This document shows positions 1 to 14,844 of a stretch of DNA of 64,000 bases, in pieces (position 1 is the stretch's first letter; every line of letters begins with the position of its first letter). A model generated the notes under the pieces. It was given only the letters and a program-made list of their open reading frames with translations. It did no database searches and was not told the origin of the DNA. Origin of the DNA: the human T2T-CHM13v2.0 reference genome, Homo sapiens; NCBI RefSeq assembly GCF_009914755.1, contig NC_060927.1; one strand, given 5' to 3'. A program made the translations under genes and the position numbers.

Positions 1-2239
1 AATAGTTTCTTCCTCAGATCTCAGACAATGACTAGGGATTTTATGGGAATAACAAGGCTCCTAAAAGTTCAATCTGCTTAAACTGACTACAAACATTACT
101 TTTCCATATAAGTGGGAGGGAATTCATTAACACTCAGTTAATATGGTCTTGGAAGAAAGAATGAGGCAAAAGCACGTTTACAAATATTTCCAAATCATTG
201 TTACACAGAGCTAAAGGCAACCCATCTTTACTGGATGTGTGCCTTTGGAGAGATTAACCATGGTGAAGGACACCCAGCATGTGCGGAAGGAATTCACTCC
301 TCCAAAGAACTAAGCAAGTAGGCAGTGCTGAATTAGAAGGCAGGGGTGAGGGACAAAGGGAGAAGAGAATATTAACAAATTGAAGACTTTCAGACCCCCC
401 TCCTGCTTTAAGCAGAACAGGTGCCACCAAGCTATAGGAAGCTCTTCTCTTCCTGCTACTTTGGAAAAATGATAGGAATAACCAGAGTTAAATAGAAAAT
501 CATTTAATCCAACTGGACCATTGAGAACTGAATTCACGTTTTACCCGATCTATAAAAATAATCTTGTTTGAAAGGAAGGGGTCCAGATGATTACAAATGA
601 AATGAGTTTGCTTTCTTAATTTGTTTCCAACATTTTAAGAAATGCTAAGTGTAATGTTGATGGAATGAACTTCCATTCACCCATCCACTTTAAACACACA
701 CAGACACACAAACAAAAAACAAAACCTTATACCTTAACTTAGAAGAGGAACACGTTATCTTCTCTGAGACTGTGGCAGGCTTTAGGAACATGTAGAAAGC
801 AATAGATTTTGACACCGTTGATATTCTCATCAGGAAGCCAGCAAAATACATTCGAGAACACATTGTTTCAAAGTAAGGGAACTTCCATGGAAGCCAAGTT
901 AAGTAGCCAGCTGAGTTCTTGGGTGACGGCTAACAAGGCTTGTCTTTGCATCAGATATCATTACCATCACTCATTTATTCATTCTTATTTTTCAAGTATT
1001 TATTGAAGTTTTCTATGTATTGTGTCTCAGGCTAAATACTTGGGAAAACTTGATGTGTAGGATTTTATAGGCACTTGGATGAGATGAATGCATTTTAACT
1101 TTTCTGAACAATGAATTGAGTAATTGAGAGTTTCACAAAAATCCAAAGTGATAGGTAGACAATATCTTGGATGATAAAGTAATATGAATTAATTCCAACA
1201 AATTAGAAAAATCTTTCTTTACCAATAAAGTTAATTAGGTAATCCCTAGAGCGTACACTTTGAGGGTAGAAAAATATTGTTTCCAGAAAACAAACATGGA
1301 AGAGTGAGCACCACTGAGAAGCTTTGGTGGAGAGGAAAGTTCTGTTGGTGGTAATAGGCCACAAAGTAAAACCAACATTTAGGTTGCTCTCCAACAAGAA
1401 AAAACACCATCAACCAAGACAAATGTATATGAAATTAGTATGAGCCAGTCATATTCTCTTTTTCACTCCCATTAAATCATACATTTACTGTATTAGTTAC
1501 TAGGGCTGCAAGTAAATGGTTGAAATTACATTGGGATTGTGAACTGAATCCACAGTTTAAGGTACCTGATCAGAGTAAAGTATAGAAAATACATGAACCA
1601 GCCTACGTATTTAGAATTAAAAATTAGGTTTATCAAAAGACAAGTTATTCTTTGAATTTGTTGTGAGATTCCACATTTGTGTGTTTGAGAAAGGAAACAG
1701 GAAAATTATTTCAGAAAAAAATGATAAAATATTATAAAATCTGTTAATCCTTAATAAATTAAAAATAGTGCCTGTGATCAGAGGAAGATGAAATTTAAAT
1801 GGTTCTGTAGGAAAACCACAGAGGAATAAAAGATTTGATCTGTAGGTCATCTGAAGGATAATCTTTTTTTAAAGAAAAAGATGCATTATTTTTTCATTGG
1901 CAGCAAAAACAATTTAGATATTTGGAGGCAGAGAGATGTCTGGAGAAATATATATTGCCTCTGACCTGCCTCTTGTTCAAATACCTTGCTCTGAAATACT
2001 GAGAAAGAACCTACTTTTTGAAATTACCTGTAAGCGACAGGATTATGCCAGATAATATCTAAGATCTCTTCCAGTTTATAATTTCCATTATTTAATGACA
2101 CTTTTTTGTATAATATTCATGCATCCATTTTTATTGGCTTGTTCATAAATGTTAACTATGCTTTGTTCTTTAGCGCTGAAAGTAAGCACTAATGCTACCC
2201 AACAGGAGTGAAATTTTTAGAAGGTGCTCTTATCAAGAA

Positions 2240-2380
2240 TAGTTGGTTAAGAAAAGAAAATCTGGGTTCCCAGACCTGGGCTCAGATCCAACTCTGCAAC
2301 TTAGTAGAAAGTTTCTTAAGCTTTCTAAACCTCAGCTGTTTCATTTCTAAAAGGGGATTGTTCTAAGAATTAAATATAAA
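2240..2380 (+). mobile_element. Degenerate MIR SINE
   Basis: ggttaag...cagacctgggctcagatccaactctgc...cctcagctgtttcatttctaaaagggga. Confidence 0.6.
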
Positions 2381-5300
2381 CTTCTTACCTCATTTCTTGG
2401 TACTCATTTTTTTCTGGTGATCATAGTTTTGGAGTTTCTTATGTCCTTATCACTATTTTTTCTTGATTGCATAGGCCTCACATAATTAAAGCATCCCCAT
2501 AAAACCCCTCCCAGTGTTGAGAATGTTTTCATGATGTGGCAGTTATCTTGGATATTTTGTTCAGGCATAATTGGAATCCGTTTTCAACACAGCTATACTC
2601 TATATGATGAATGCTTCCACATCAATGGTTCTGTGAGGAGAGGCCATCTGTGAACACAGAGTGCAGGTCATTGTTTCTAGAAGGCACTCCTTGCACAGAC
2701 AGCAGGATTTGACCTTTTATAAGCTTGGATGGGCAGTAGAGACTTTGAAAAAGAGATGTGGGTATTCATAGGTGATTCAGAATTCTATGTGTACACAAGA
2801 TTCCATGCAGTATTTTATAATCTACTAATGTGACTCAGCTTTGGGTAAGATTGTAGTTCTGGTGGTGATTCACAGAGGTCTCCTAGATTTGTCTAGTAAT
2901 ACTGTAGAGAGTTTAGTCTTAGCATCCTTCCAGGAGCAATTTGGGACTGTTATCTAAGAACTAAGAATGATTTCAAATAAAATTACAGTAAACTTGTGAC
3001 TTGTTCACTTTGCAGATAAAACCAATGGTTATATCCAGCAGAAGGCCATTTGTATAATAAAAGATTTGCCCAAAGGATCTAGCAAGAGAAGAGAGCTCTA
3101 AAATCAATTTTTCTAAAAATCACTGAAAACATTACCTCATTGTTTTGATCTAGCTGTGAAAATAGACTGTTTTTTATGTTTTAAGAAAGGATGAGGAGAT
3201 ATCACTTGTTTCATCATTTATTGATTGGATCCTTAGGCTTAAGCAGGGATCAAACAGTTTGCACTGTTAGCCAAGGCATTTACAGCATTGAGACAGAAGC
3301 AGACCTACAAACTTGAATGGGCTTATATATTTTACTGGGTAAATTTACCTAATATATTGAATTGACAGCTAAAATGTAGGTATTCCTGATGAGGTACATC
3401 GATAAATGGTAAAGAAGATCTACATGAAAGGAGTGTGATGTTTTTCTGAACTTGTTAGGGAAGCTACCATGTGGCCATTTGTGGAGGAAATCTGTACTTA
3501 TTTCTGTATTGATTAGGTCATTTGTGCCATTTGTTCTGCTCTGCGGGAATTACTTCACTTGGCTTGCTCTTTCTGCACTCTGAATTACCTTGTTTCTCCA
3601 GGCAAAAATTCTTATCTGTATAGAAATCCAAGATTTCTGTAGCCTTGTGAGTATTATTTGCTGAAGGCGCAGGGACAGTGATAAGTGAAAAGTCAGTATT
3701 CTTCTACTGATTTTGAGTTTACCTTTGGATTATGTTTGATCAAAAGCTACATGTGGCATTGTGATTTCAAATAAATAATTTGTTTTATTGTCTTGTACTG
3801 TAAATGTTACCTGATATTTATAAACTCCCTCCTGTGTGAAAGGGACTTTGTGTGCCTATGTAATGTCCATACCTATCTACTTTTTGGCTGTAGTCATAGC
3901 AGTGACATTATCTCTGTTATGATATATTTAGGGATTCTTGTTGAAGGAAGAATGAAAGAAGTATATTTCATCCTTAATTTTTTTCTTTGTAATATGAATT
4001 ACCCTGTAATATGTAACGGCCACACAAAACAGAGAATTCAATTATCTCATCTGGGTATCATCTAACTAAGAATCAGGAGCTAAGGGAAGTAGGTATAGTG
4101 AAGCCATGACAAAGAAGGCCATGGAAATTAATTTTTGAAACTGCCGCAAAGTACACGGAAATTTGTCTGCATGCTTCACAGATCTATACTTGTGGTTGCT
4201 GTTTATGGCACGAATGATGCCACGGACTATCAGCTCCTGATTTTACATATCTTTGGGACACACTCTCCCCCGGTGTCATAGGAAGGGGGTAGGTTTGACA
4301 TCATGGTGATCTAAATTTGAATTCCATCTCTGCCTCTTACTCACCTAGCAAAGTTAATTAACCATTGTGAGTTTAATATTTTCTTCATGAGTTACGTATA
4401 AAATACTTGCCACATAATAGAAATGATAGCTTGTTCCTGCTTTCTCTACATGTACTGACTATCCATTAAAACATTGAAACTTCTAAGAATATGTACACTG
4501 AAATTGTATGTATATCAATATTTGTTTTGAAAATACTGTAAAGTTGTGGTTTGAGTCACAAATATTGTATCAGTCCATGAATAACTGGAAAAGAAAAGTA
4601 AAATAAATTTGGAGGGTTGTCACATTCTATAGCATTGGCTTTTATAAAGTGTCAACAAGATATATAATTAAGTAAAAAAATAAGGAAAAAATACTACGGC
4701 ATATCTAAATCCATATTTGCACTCACCACCCATCTTAATTTGAAGCAGTGAGGTTTCTTTAGGGGACCCAGTGATTCACACTTAAGAACAAACAGATGCC
4801 TAGGAATAAGTGATTAAGAGAAAATATTATTTTTTCAGAAAATAAATGGTGATAAAATAGATGAAAAATGGTTTTAAAGATGCATATTAAGTGATGAGTG
4901 AAGTTTAAAGGAAAATTGCATTTTCATTTTTTTTCCTAATGGATTCACATGGTTTGAGCTTTTAAGTGCATGTTTTAAGTTACTCTTTTGTGATTGTTTA
5001 CAGTTAAGGCATATTACCTTGCTCTTCAAATACGTGCTCTAAGATATTCCTCTGTAAACTCAGGGAAAGGCACTACATTATTTATTTACAACCTGTCTTC
5101 TGCCCCATGGGGGAGAAGTAACACCAGATAGACAAAGGTATGGAATTTACCGATATTGAGCATGAAATTATCCTTTCTAACTAATACGTTTCTCCTGCAA
5201 TTATCTTCTGAAAAACTTATATAAGAATTAGCCCATGTGAGCTTTCTTCGCAGATTGTTTGTCCTCAATTTGTTTTCTGCCAAGCGAACCAAACACCTGG

Positions 5301-6474
5301 AATGCACACGCTCATTCCTTGACTGTGCTTTCAGTGTTTGTTGGCAGAGGGTGACGGTTGCTTTTAGCAGATGTGCAGGATCAGGGTGGCCTTTTTATCT
5401 TTCTACCCTCAAGGAGTCAGTTTCTCAGATAAAGGAAGTGGTGAGGATAACGGATGTTTCAGCCTTACCATTAAATAAAAGTTAAGCATAGTAGGTATAA
5501 TAAACATGTTTATTAATTATTTGTCAAAGGTAGTGACTTTGTTAAAACATTTGGAAAGAGAAATTTAAAGACAATGCTTAATTTTTATTAAATATTAAAT
5601 CTTATTTTATGACCTGAAGTAAACTAACAACCAAAATAATTTTCTTTGTTTTCCCATTTACCTAACTTGATGAAATGGAAAATCTTAGAAATAATATTTA
5701 TAGGTAAATATAAGGATTTATTTTATATCAATATATTTTACATTATGTACATAAAACATATTGCTACAAACTTCTTAACCTAATTCATCATATGCATTAG
5801 CTAGGTTTACTCCGGTAAGTTTTAACCCATGACAAGGAAATAAACTTTATTTTACTTTTGAGAAATATTTCTGCAGAGATAACAGAAAATAAATGTGCAT
5901 ACTCTTTGATAAATATATATGTGTGTATATTGATATCTACATTTATATATGTATATATTTGAGATTTCTTATTATAAAAAGAATAATCTTTATTATTATG
6001 ACTGATGGGGTGCTCCAGGCTAGCTTATTTTCTACTTTTTTTCTTTCTGAATTCACTTTTTTCATTGCTAATAAACAATATCCCATTAAGGCTAGGATAA
6101 TAGAAGAGAATCAATGAAGAGTGGAAACTTGCCTGTACCCCTCTTCTCTGCACGTCACAGCTGATGAAATGGCAAGATAGTAATAGAGAGTAAGATGATG
6201 AATTTATTGTTTCAAATGAGGACTCAGGGGTTTCTGTACACTTTAGATTTTGATTTCATAGCTCTGCCCCAGTGACTAAAATGAGCTGTACTGTATGTCT
6301 TTTAAATGCCAATTGGTGATTCAGGGCCCATATTTTAACACAAATGAGCCATCCTATTCCTTAAGTGAATACCATTACAGAAGGAAGTAAATGTGAGTTT
6401 TCTTATGTCACCTCAAGGGGAAATCTCAGATGGTGGCCCTCCTTCTTTATCACATAGGAGAGTTATTTCTGAAG

Positions 6475-6641
6475 CAGTAGTTCTCAAAACATCATATACA
6501 TGAGAATCACCTGAAGGTTTATTGAAATACAGAATTTTTGGATTCAGCAGGTCTGTGATGGGGCCCAAGTATATGCATTTCTAACAAGTTCTTAGTGATG
6601 TTGATGTTGCCAGTACATGAACCAGAATTTGACAACTACTG
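6475..6641. mobile_element. MER5A-like hAT-Charlie non-autonomous DNA transposon
   Basis: TIRs cagtagttctcaaa / tttgacaactactg (13/14 match); internal agaatcacctg and tgcatttctaacaag motifs. Confidence 0.85.
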
Positions 6642-7029
6642 ATCTAAAACATAAAACTTTTTGCCAGAATGTAGAATTTGCATGATTGAGATTTTATAAT
6701 CTAAAAACAAAGGAATATTATAAAATTTCAAAACAAACTAATCTTAGAATAACTTTGAATTTACTTTCATTTAAAAATTATTTTTAAAACATATTTTTAA
6801 AGGAGTAGATGAGGATAGTAGATTCCACTAGACAGAGTTACGCAGTCTCTGTTTTGAATGACTATTGAATACAAATTTCTCTCTAAGATTGTGTGTACTA
6901 AGAGTTTCCAGTGTAGGATTACAAAATCCACTGAGATATAATAATAATCCCCTAATCCACAAGACTGGATATTCTAAAAATCAAGGAAAATTTTAAAATA
7001 AAAATTGGTGAGCATTAGAGGTTAAAACT

Positions 7030-7515
7030 GTCAACACAAAAATGTGAAGACAAAGATTTATAACAGCTTTATTTTAATTGCCCCAAATTAGGAACAGCTC
7101 AAATGTCCTTTAGAAGGTGGATAAACTGCAGTACATCCATAGAGTGGAATATTGCTCAGCAGTAAAAAGGAGTGAATTACTAATCGACACAATAGTTTGG
7201 ATGGGTCTCAAGGGAATTATTCTGAGTGAAAGAAGCCAATCTCAAGACATTGCAGACTGTATGATCCCATTTATATCACATGTCAAAATGATAAAACTAT
7301 CATGACAAAGGGCAGATTGGTGACTGCTAGGAGATATGACAAAGGGAGGGGTGTCACTGTAAAGGGGTCGTATGAGGAAGTTAAAAAACTGGAACTGTTC
7401 TGTAGCCTGATAGTGATGGTGGTTATATAAATTTATACAAGTGTTAAAATTAATAAAACCATACAGCCCCTAAAAAAGTCAAATTTACTGTATAATAGTT
7501 TTAAAATTAAAAAAG
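7030..7515 (+). mobile_element. Old L1 (L1MB-L1ME class) 3' fragment
   Basis: ggataaac...catccat...tggaatatt..tcagcagtaaaaagga...ctgagtgaaagaagccaatc...ctgtatgatcccattt L1M 3'-end motifs; ORF 7117-7305 is a relic of this. Confidence 0.85.
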
Positions 7516-8157
7516 GCAGAATTACACTACCATTTAGTTACATCAAGTAACTGAATTTGCAGTTGTATGAGGTAAAAGTATCAATTTATATAAATAAAAT
7601 ATGCTTTATTTCAAACAAAATAGATAAGAAGATATGATCTCTATGAGAATCATTCTTCAAAAATGGTACTAATTCCATTTTTTCCAGGCAGAGATCCTAG
7701 GCAAATTTTGGAATTTGGAAAAATCTGACTGACATAGTCCTTAACTGTGTTACCCCTGGTACCCTTCCCCTATTTTCTCATTCGGTATTTTTCTTAGAAT
7801 CCTTTCCTGTAAACTTTGCTGCTTTAAAAATGATTTTCATGGACACGTTTATTCCTCTCATTTAGACTAACTGTGAAAAACTGACAGCCTAGAACTTTCA
7901 TCCAGTTACCTCCCACATATATGTACACGCCCTCAGAAATTGCCATCCATTCACAACTTAAAGAGCCCAGTGGCTTCTGAAGGAAGCCCATACCATTCTG
8001 AAGTAGCTATAATTTTTAAAGACACTAAGGTCTCTAGAAATGTCTGGAAGATCAGGTCTCCAGAAGAATTGGCAGTTTAATTCTAGCCAGGGATCTGATC
8101 AGGTGATATCAATAAACATCTGTTGAATAAATGCATATGTTTCTCTCAGTGAACGAG

Positions 8158-8385
8158 TTAATAGCTAATACACTTATAATGGCAACTCTGTGTGAAGTAC
8201 TTTTCTGAGTACTTTATGTATATTAATGTGCTTAATCCTCTCAGCCACTTTTGAGGTAGGGACCCTTATTATTTGCATTTTCAGATGAGAAAACTGAGGC
8301 ACAAACACATTTGGTAACTTTCTCAGAGTCAGTGGTGGAGTCAGTCTTCAAGCCCTTGATGTCCAGCTTCAGAGTCCATGCAGAT
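8158..8385 (-). mobile_element. MIR SINE
   Basis: Core cattttcagatgagaaaactgaggcaca with ttaatcctc...gaggtagg flank. Confidence 0.85.
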
Positions 8386-10144
8386 AGTCTCAGTTGACTT
8401 AGTCCTAAAGGCAGCTGTGGGTTGAGGTTCCAACAGCCTCTGGTCTGCTTCATTCCTCAAAGTAATCTCCAAGCCCGAATCCTAGCATGGTGGTAGAGGT
8501 GAGGCTCCATAAACCTTAGAAATAGCTCTCCCAGATATGACAACATTTGGGCCTTGGACCAGTGGTCGTGCATCCACTCTACAGTAACAGGGGCTTCTAT
8601 AGTTAATTTGATTCTCAGTTTTAAGATTACTAGAGAATCAAATGTTGAGTATGCACTTTTGTATGTTAGTGGGATATCTGAAGCAACATTACTGATAAAA
8701 AGTAATTGCACATTTCTGGATAGTGATAACTGGAATAATACTCTCTTGTGATAAAAGATACAGTTTTTACATGGTTTGGCATCTTTCTTTAATCAGTACC
8801 CATGATTATATAGGTGAGTCTTGCATTCCCTTCTTGGTGAACACATTCCAGACTCATAGATTGGGCATGGTGATGGCAGGCAGTGGAAAAAGCATGGGTT
8901 TTTGAGAACTGTGTTTGAATAATTTTTATGCAGTTTGACTTTGGGCAGGGAATTTTATCCTTTCTGAACCGTTTTCTTTCTTTCTCTTTCTTTCTTCTTC
9001 CCTCCATGAGTGAATGATTCGTTGTAGTGAGGATTAAAAACACTATGTGTAAAGTGTTCTTTTTGGCATTTTGTACATGAAATAATGTATGAAAACATGA
9101 TACCTATTATCTGCTTGCTATGAGTTAAGATATCTGTATTTAAGTGGAATTAAATATGAACAACTCTGGGAGTTTGTGATGATCGTTATCCAGGTACCAA
9201 TTTTTAGATTTACTTTCAAAATCTAAAAATGATATGCAATATCAATTTCTCTTGGTTACAAAGACTGGTGCCAAGGTTTTTCTCCTGATGACATACCCAT
9301 AAGCCTTGTGAGGAAATAAAGTAATTTAAATATGAGCTTAATGCCAGCACAGCCATAGAAGTAAATACATGTCTATAAAATGAAGCACTTAATTCCTTTA
9401 AGTAGCTGCCTTTTAGGTTCTTTTCTGAACTGACCCCTTTTTGGCCCCCAGGCTCTGATGTGTAAGGCTGGACCTGTGCTGTGCTGAATTTCAGGAGAGA
9501 GTGTACAAATGTTACTCACAGTGTGAGTAGTGAGAGATGGAGTGCAGGCCAATCTTCTGCAGCTGGGAAGAGCAATTAGCAGCTTCATGAATTAGGGTCT
9601 TGTTTACACTGTTGTCCAAGATAATCATTTGTTTGTTTTAACTAAGATGCTCTATCTTCATCAGAGGCATCAATCCTCATATTTAAATGATAAAGTCTTT
9701 GAATTTCACAGATAATGTTTGGATTTCACAGCGGGAACCCCACACAGCACATATTCTCTCTTGCTGACTTTGATAATCAAGACATGAGCTATGTATATTG
9801 CAAGTTTTTCTTCAAATAGATATGAAAACACGATGTCATCTATTCTTGCAACATTTTTTACACAGACCCATTTTAAGAAATACTTTTAACATTACGTCCC
9901 AGCACACATACATACATGCTTGTGAATGCACACAGAGTCCACAAACACTTGTGTTCTTCATGTAGACACAGCACACAAGCTCAGATTTTTTGGTTAAATT
10001 TATGCCTTCAAAACACATTTTAAAATATGATAATATGAATATAATATAAATAGTTAATATTTTAAGCAATTGAAAAATTAATACACCTTTCTGGGTTTAG
10101 ATGATTAGAAGACATTTATAGAAGACATTTACATTTTTAGAAAC

Positions 10145-10335
10145 ATGCATTCATTTCCTATTGTATTCTAGACATCTTGGCGGGTCCTAGAGACCCAGAG
10201 ATAAACAAAGCACAATCCCTGCCCTTGGTGAACTTACAGCCTGACTCTCATATCATTTCAAGGCCCTAGGATAAGTGCTGGAGTGCAGGTGTGTAGCCTG
10301 ATAGAGACATCAAGGTGAACACAGAGGAGGAACAG
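10145..10335 (-). mobile_element. L2 fragment
   Basis: cagagataaacaaagcacaatccctgccctt..gaacttacagcct...gataagtgct...gaacacagaggagg. Confidence 0.55.
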
Positions 10336-12414
10336 ATCATGAAAAGTGGGCGGTAGAGAGCTAGGAGATTTGTTAGTAAAGGGTTGAATCTCATTTTGTT
10401 GGTTAATATACAAGTTTAAAGCAGTAATTCATCACATGTTGTAAGATGAGTTTCTCAAAAGGAGAAAACCTTTAGAGAATAAAGGTGGCTGGTGTGTTGT
10501 TCTGACTGATGGAGGGGCTTCCTGTTTTATACCAAAAGCACTGTATTGTTCAGGAGCAGCTCAGTCAAAAGACATTGGTCCACAATGACACCTGGGTGTG
10601 TAAAGAGTCACATAAGTTCTTGTAATAAAAACATCAGAGAGCTGTTTTATGACAAGAGTCACAGGTGTGCATTGCACCATCTGCTGGCATAGGGAGAGCA
10701 TGAGAGGCTTTGCCAAGGGACAGATCAATGTTCTAGCCCTGACAAGCCTTCCTGGCATCCTTCTCAGGGATTCTCAGCTTTTGGACCTTGACTTCTTTCC
10801 CCTTTTTGACATAGAGCAAAGCAAGAGGTGGTTTAATAAATAATCATGAGGTATCACTTCTAAATTACTGAAAAATCTTTTAAATATCTGCATTTACATG
10901 GTTCTTTCCATTTCCTCCAGGAGAACACAGGGGGCTGGTCTATTCCCAATTCTGAATAAAACACAAGATGGTATCTATAAATGATCGGCCCAGCCACCAG
11001 AGGACCTCTTGCTCTCCTGCATTTCTTTGAATTTGTTCTTAGCCTCAGCTTCTGCCTCTGGGCCCCATCCTTCCAGATGTGAGCAGGCCAAACTCTTACT
11101 CTGCTTCCACCCCCTTATCCGCACATACACCATAAAAGTGCACCTCACTTTTTGCCCCTTCAAACTATCCTTGCTATTGGCTATAGTCTTTGCCCTCGAA
11201 ATCTCTTCTGTGCCATCCTTGGAGAAAGGTCTGGAAAAGGAGAGCAATACTTGAACTCTCAAGGAAAGACAGAGGAAAGTTGCTTCTAACTCTCAAGTGT
11301 GTGTAACAAGAGGTTAAGATAATGACTAACTTCATTCTCAAAGTTCACTTCTTGGGGGATAATTATCAGATTCTTGATGGGTATTTATCAGTAAGGAGAA
11401 TGACTAACTTTTGACTGAGGATTTTGAGTAAATGCTTCTATTCTTTTTTGTGGGGTACTACTCTCTTTATCTTACTGGATGGGAGATAGTTGTGGGTTTT
11501 TTTCCCTAAATAATGAATTAGTCTAATTTAACCCTTTATCTTGAAAATTAGTGAACAATCCTATAATGACTCATTTGGAAGTCACTGCTTAGCATACTTA
11601 CTGAAAAACAAAGAAAATATGTAGTTGGAAAGCTAAATTGAGTAACTCCTTGTTTTTAGCAGATTATAAATTTCTTAAAGGCAGGTACAGGGCTAAATCT
11701 ATCTTTGCATCTCACAATTTTTAGCAGACTTTTTTACACCTAGTAGGAGCTGGGTAAATAATAGTTTATCAACTTCACTGGCATAACAAGGCCTAATTAC
11801 ACACATGATCACATACACATGGATTACCTGTACAATTGAAACTGGACCCTCCAGGAGAGCGAGTGCTTTACTTTGACCAATTTAAATACAAATCTCAGCC
11901 TTGTAAAACATCAAATACAGAATATAATTTAATATTCTCTCATTGATTCATTGTCATAGTATGAAAATCAGTTATTGAGCTATATCGTGAGAATGGTGAA
12001 TTTGTGCTGTTAAAACTTCACCTCCTCCAGGCATATCCACAAGGAGAAATGGCAAACAATGGGACAAAAAGAGGAAAAGAGATAAAGTGACTCTGTCAGT
12101 CTTTACCAGTAAAAGTCATGGAATACTGCTCAGCACATAGAAACATGCTGTAAGTGTTAGTTGCTGCTATAATTATTTAGGCAGCTCCTTTATTAGAATC
12201 TTTGAACTGCTAGTATACATTCTCTGCATGGAGTATAGAAACTTGAAAATAAATACAGCATAAAGAAATCAGAACACTTATAAATTTCTTATGACCGGCT
12301 ATAAAATTCAAAAAATCAACAGTATTCAATTCTCATTGACCTTTTTATGTCCTGCCTCATCTCTCAAAAGAGTACTTTTGTAGGCAACAATAATACATAT
12401 TTCCTGGAGAGAGA

Positions 12415-12600
12415 GTGAGGCACAGTGGATGCCTTTGTATTTATTGTGTTACCTTGGGCAAGTTCCTTGACCTTACTGAATTTTAGTTGTTCCATGTGTA
12501 TAAAGGAGACAGTGACATACCTGTTTCTGGTTGTGAGGTAATAAATGAGATACTTTGTAAAAGTTTTGAAACACTTCATGGGCACTAACTAATTTGTAAT
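12415..12600 (+). mobile_element. MIR SINE
   Basis: tgtgttaccttgggcaagtt...ggttgtgaggtaataaatgagata. Confidence 0.7.
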
Positions 12601-13084
12601 CATAGTATCTTGAATGCCTATTATGTGTCAGGCCTGGTGTTAGCTATTGGTGATTTTAAAATTAAGTTTGAGGATATAATTTTCGGAGGTGTTCACAAGT
12701 AGACATACTTTGGATTTGAGATTAGAGAATTATGTAGCATTATAGTGGCCTCTGAGAGTTAAAGGTCAAAATAGGATGAGATTTCAGGTGTAGAAGATAA
12801 TTCACACCATTGGAAAGAATCATAGTGTGTGTGGTTTATTTTTAAGCATTAAATATGTGGTCCCATATAAACCAACTTAGCAGTACCAATTGGCATACAT
12901 GTGCGTACTGTATGTAGTTTTAATACTTTTATAAATATTGCAAGATTTGGAGCAGTGATGAGGTGCCAGGTATTAGAGAGGTGATTAAGAGGAGCTAACA
13001 ATGGCTTAAAGCAAAATGGTGATTGTTAACCTGGGTTTTATCACTACTGCAAAGCATTTTCAACCCTTCTGAAAGGATGTCCTG

Positions 13085-13490
13085 TGATGTTGCAGGTAGG
13101 TTTCTGGAAAGCATACTCTGAGATAGAGTTAAGTGTGCAGGATGTTTACTAAGGAGAGTTCTTGGGACCAACCCCACAGAGGGACAGGGAGGGGAGCAGG
13201 ACTGGGCAGAGAGAGAAGGTGAGCTGCAGTTCAGGCCAGAGGATGAGGACAGCCTCTGCTGATCCTGCAGAAAGCTCTGCCACTGGAATGACCTTCAGAG
13301 AGTCCCACAAAGGGTTGAGATCTCAGGGCTTCTAGTACCCTCTTGATCATTTATTGAATTATTGGATATGGATTATTCTAGGAAAGAGTGTGCTTGAGGT
13401 AGTGCAGCTCTCTGCAGCAGAGACAGTTCAACAAGAGGCAACAAGACCTTGAAGGGAGAATTGTGCCCACCAAGTGAAATCTACCAGAAG
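13085..13490 (-). mobile_element. LTR16-like (ERVL) solo LTR
   Basis: gcatactctgagatagag...gtgcaggatgtttact...gcaggactgggcagagagagaaggtgagctgca resembles the LTR16 family; by eye. Confidence 0.65.
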
Positions 13491-13504
13491 GGTAAAAAAA
13501 ATTA

Positions 13505-13840
13505 ACAAAGATTGCATATTCTCACTTGTATCTGGGAGCTAAAAATTTTGATCACATGGAGACAGAGAGTAAAAAGATAGATAACAGAGGCTGGGAAGGG
13601 TGAGTGGCATAGGGAAGAAAGGATGAAGAGAAGTTGATTAAAGGGTACAAACATACAGCAAGATAGAAGGAATAGATTCAATGTTTGATAACAGAGTAGG
13701 GTGACTATATTTAACAAAAAGATACTGTACTCAGGCGATGGACACCCTAAATACTCTGACTTTATCACTATGTATTGTATGCATGTTGTAGCATTTCTCA
13801 TGTACCCTATAAATTTGTACAAATTAAAAAAAAATAACAA
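13505..13840 (+). mobile_element. L1MA 3' fragment with A-tail
   Basis: ttctcactt...tgggagctaaaa...agaggctgggaaggg...gggtacaaa...atgtaccctataaat. Confidence 0.85.
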
Positions 13841-14844
13841 CAGAAACTTCATGATGCCTAGAGCAGACGTATCTAAATGCTTACCCCAGAATTGAATAAA
13901 AATTGTGTATTGCTGCTAGGGAGAAAAGGCTTCACTGGATTTGGGTCAGTTTTTTTCAAAAAAGCTGTGATCTATACGGTTTTTAAACCCCTAACATTCT
14001 CCTTGGAAATAACAATCAATCACCTACAAATCAGAGTCTCTCCCACCTGGACTGAAGCCCAGTCTGGGCGCATAGTTCTTGCATCTGACAATGATTTAAT
14101 CCCCAGACAAATTTTTATACTTTGAACTTTTTATTATGGAAATTTTTTAAATGTGCACAAAATGGAGATAATTGTGTAACAAACCCCCATGTATGCATCA
14201 TGAAGCATCAGCATTTTGCCCTTCTTGTTCCAGAGAAATTTTTAATAGCACAAAGCACAGCCTCCCGTGTTGATCGGAGACAGATCTGGAGGGATGTGTC
14301 CTCGGAGCGGGGTGAGATTTCACAATGTTTGAAGGTAGGAACATCTCTTAATAGCACTGACGTGAGTGCAGTTGAAGCTGTCAGAGCCACGGTTCTGGGA
14401 AGTGGCACGCTCACCCCCACAGTCCTCCGGAGTAATGCTGGGCCATATACTCGCATTTCCACTGTCCCAGCTTGCCTGCTGGGCCGTGGGAATTGGATTT
14501 GGACCTGGAATGTGTGCTGATGCCTGAGGCTATCTTAATGCTTCATGGCACCCAAGAAGGCCATACTTGGCATCTCAAAAAAGGTGCAGGGCATTTAACA
14601 TGTTTGCTTTAGTTTTGTAATTATGCTGTGTAACCGAGGGTCCTCTTGGAAATTGTTGCAAATGAAAGTGAACTGTCCAGTCGTCCGTGTTCTTGGCAAA
14701 TTTTCAGCCCACTATAAAGCGAAAATCAAAATTTCTGTTTAAGAAAGGAGTATCTTCAAAAAAGCTTGCAGACAATATCTAAAGCAATGTTTGAAATCTT
14801 AATAGAACCCTGTGACTTGAACACCTAAACTATTTTTTAAAGTT

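Noticed and set aside
5805-5820. Consensus donor CCG|GTAAGT
   Set aside because: No convincing polypyrimidine acceptor or promoter context upstream.
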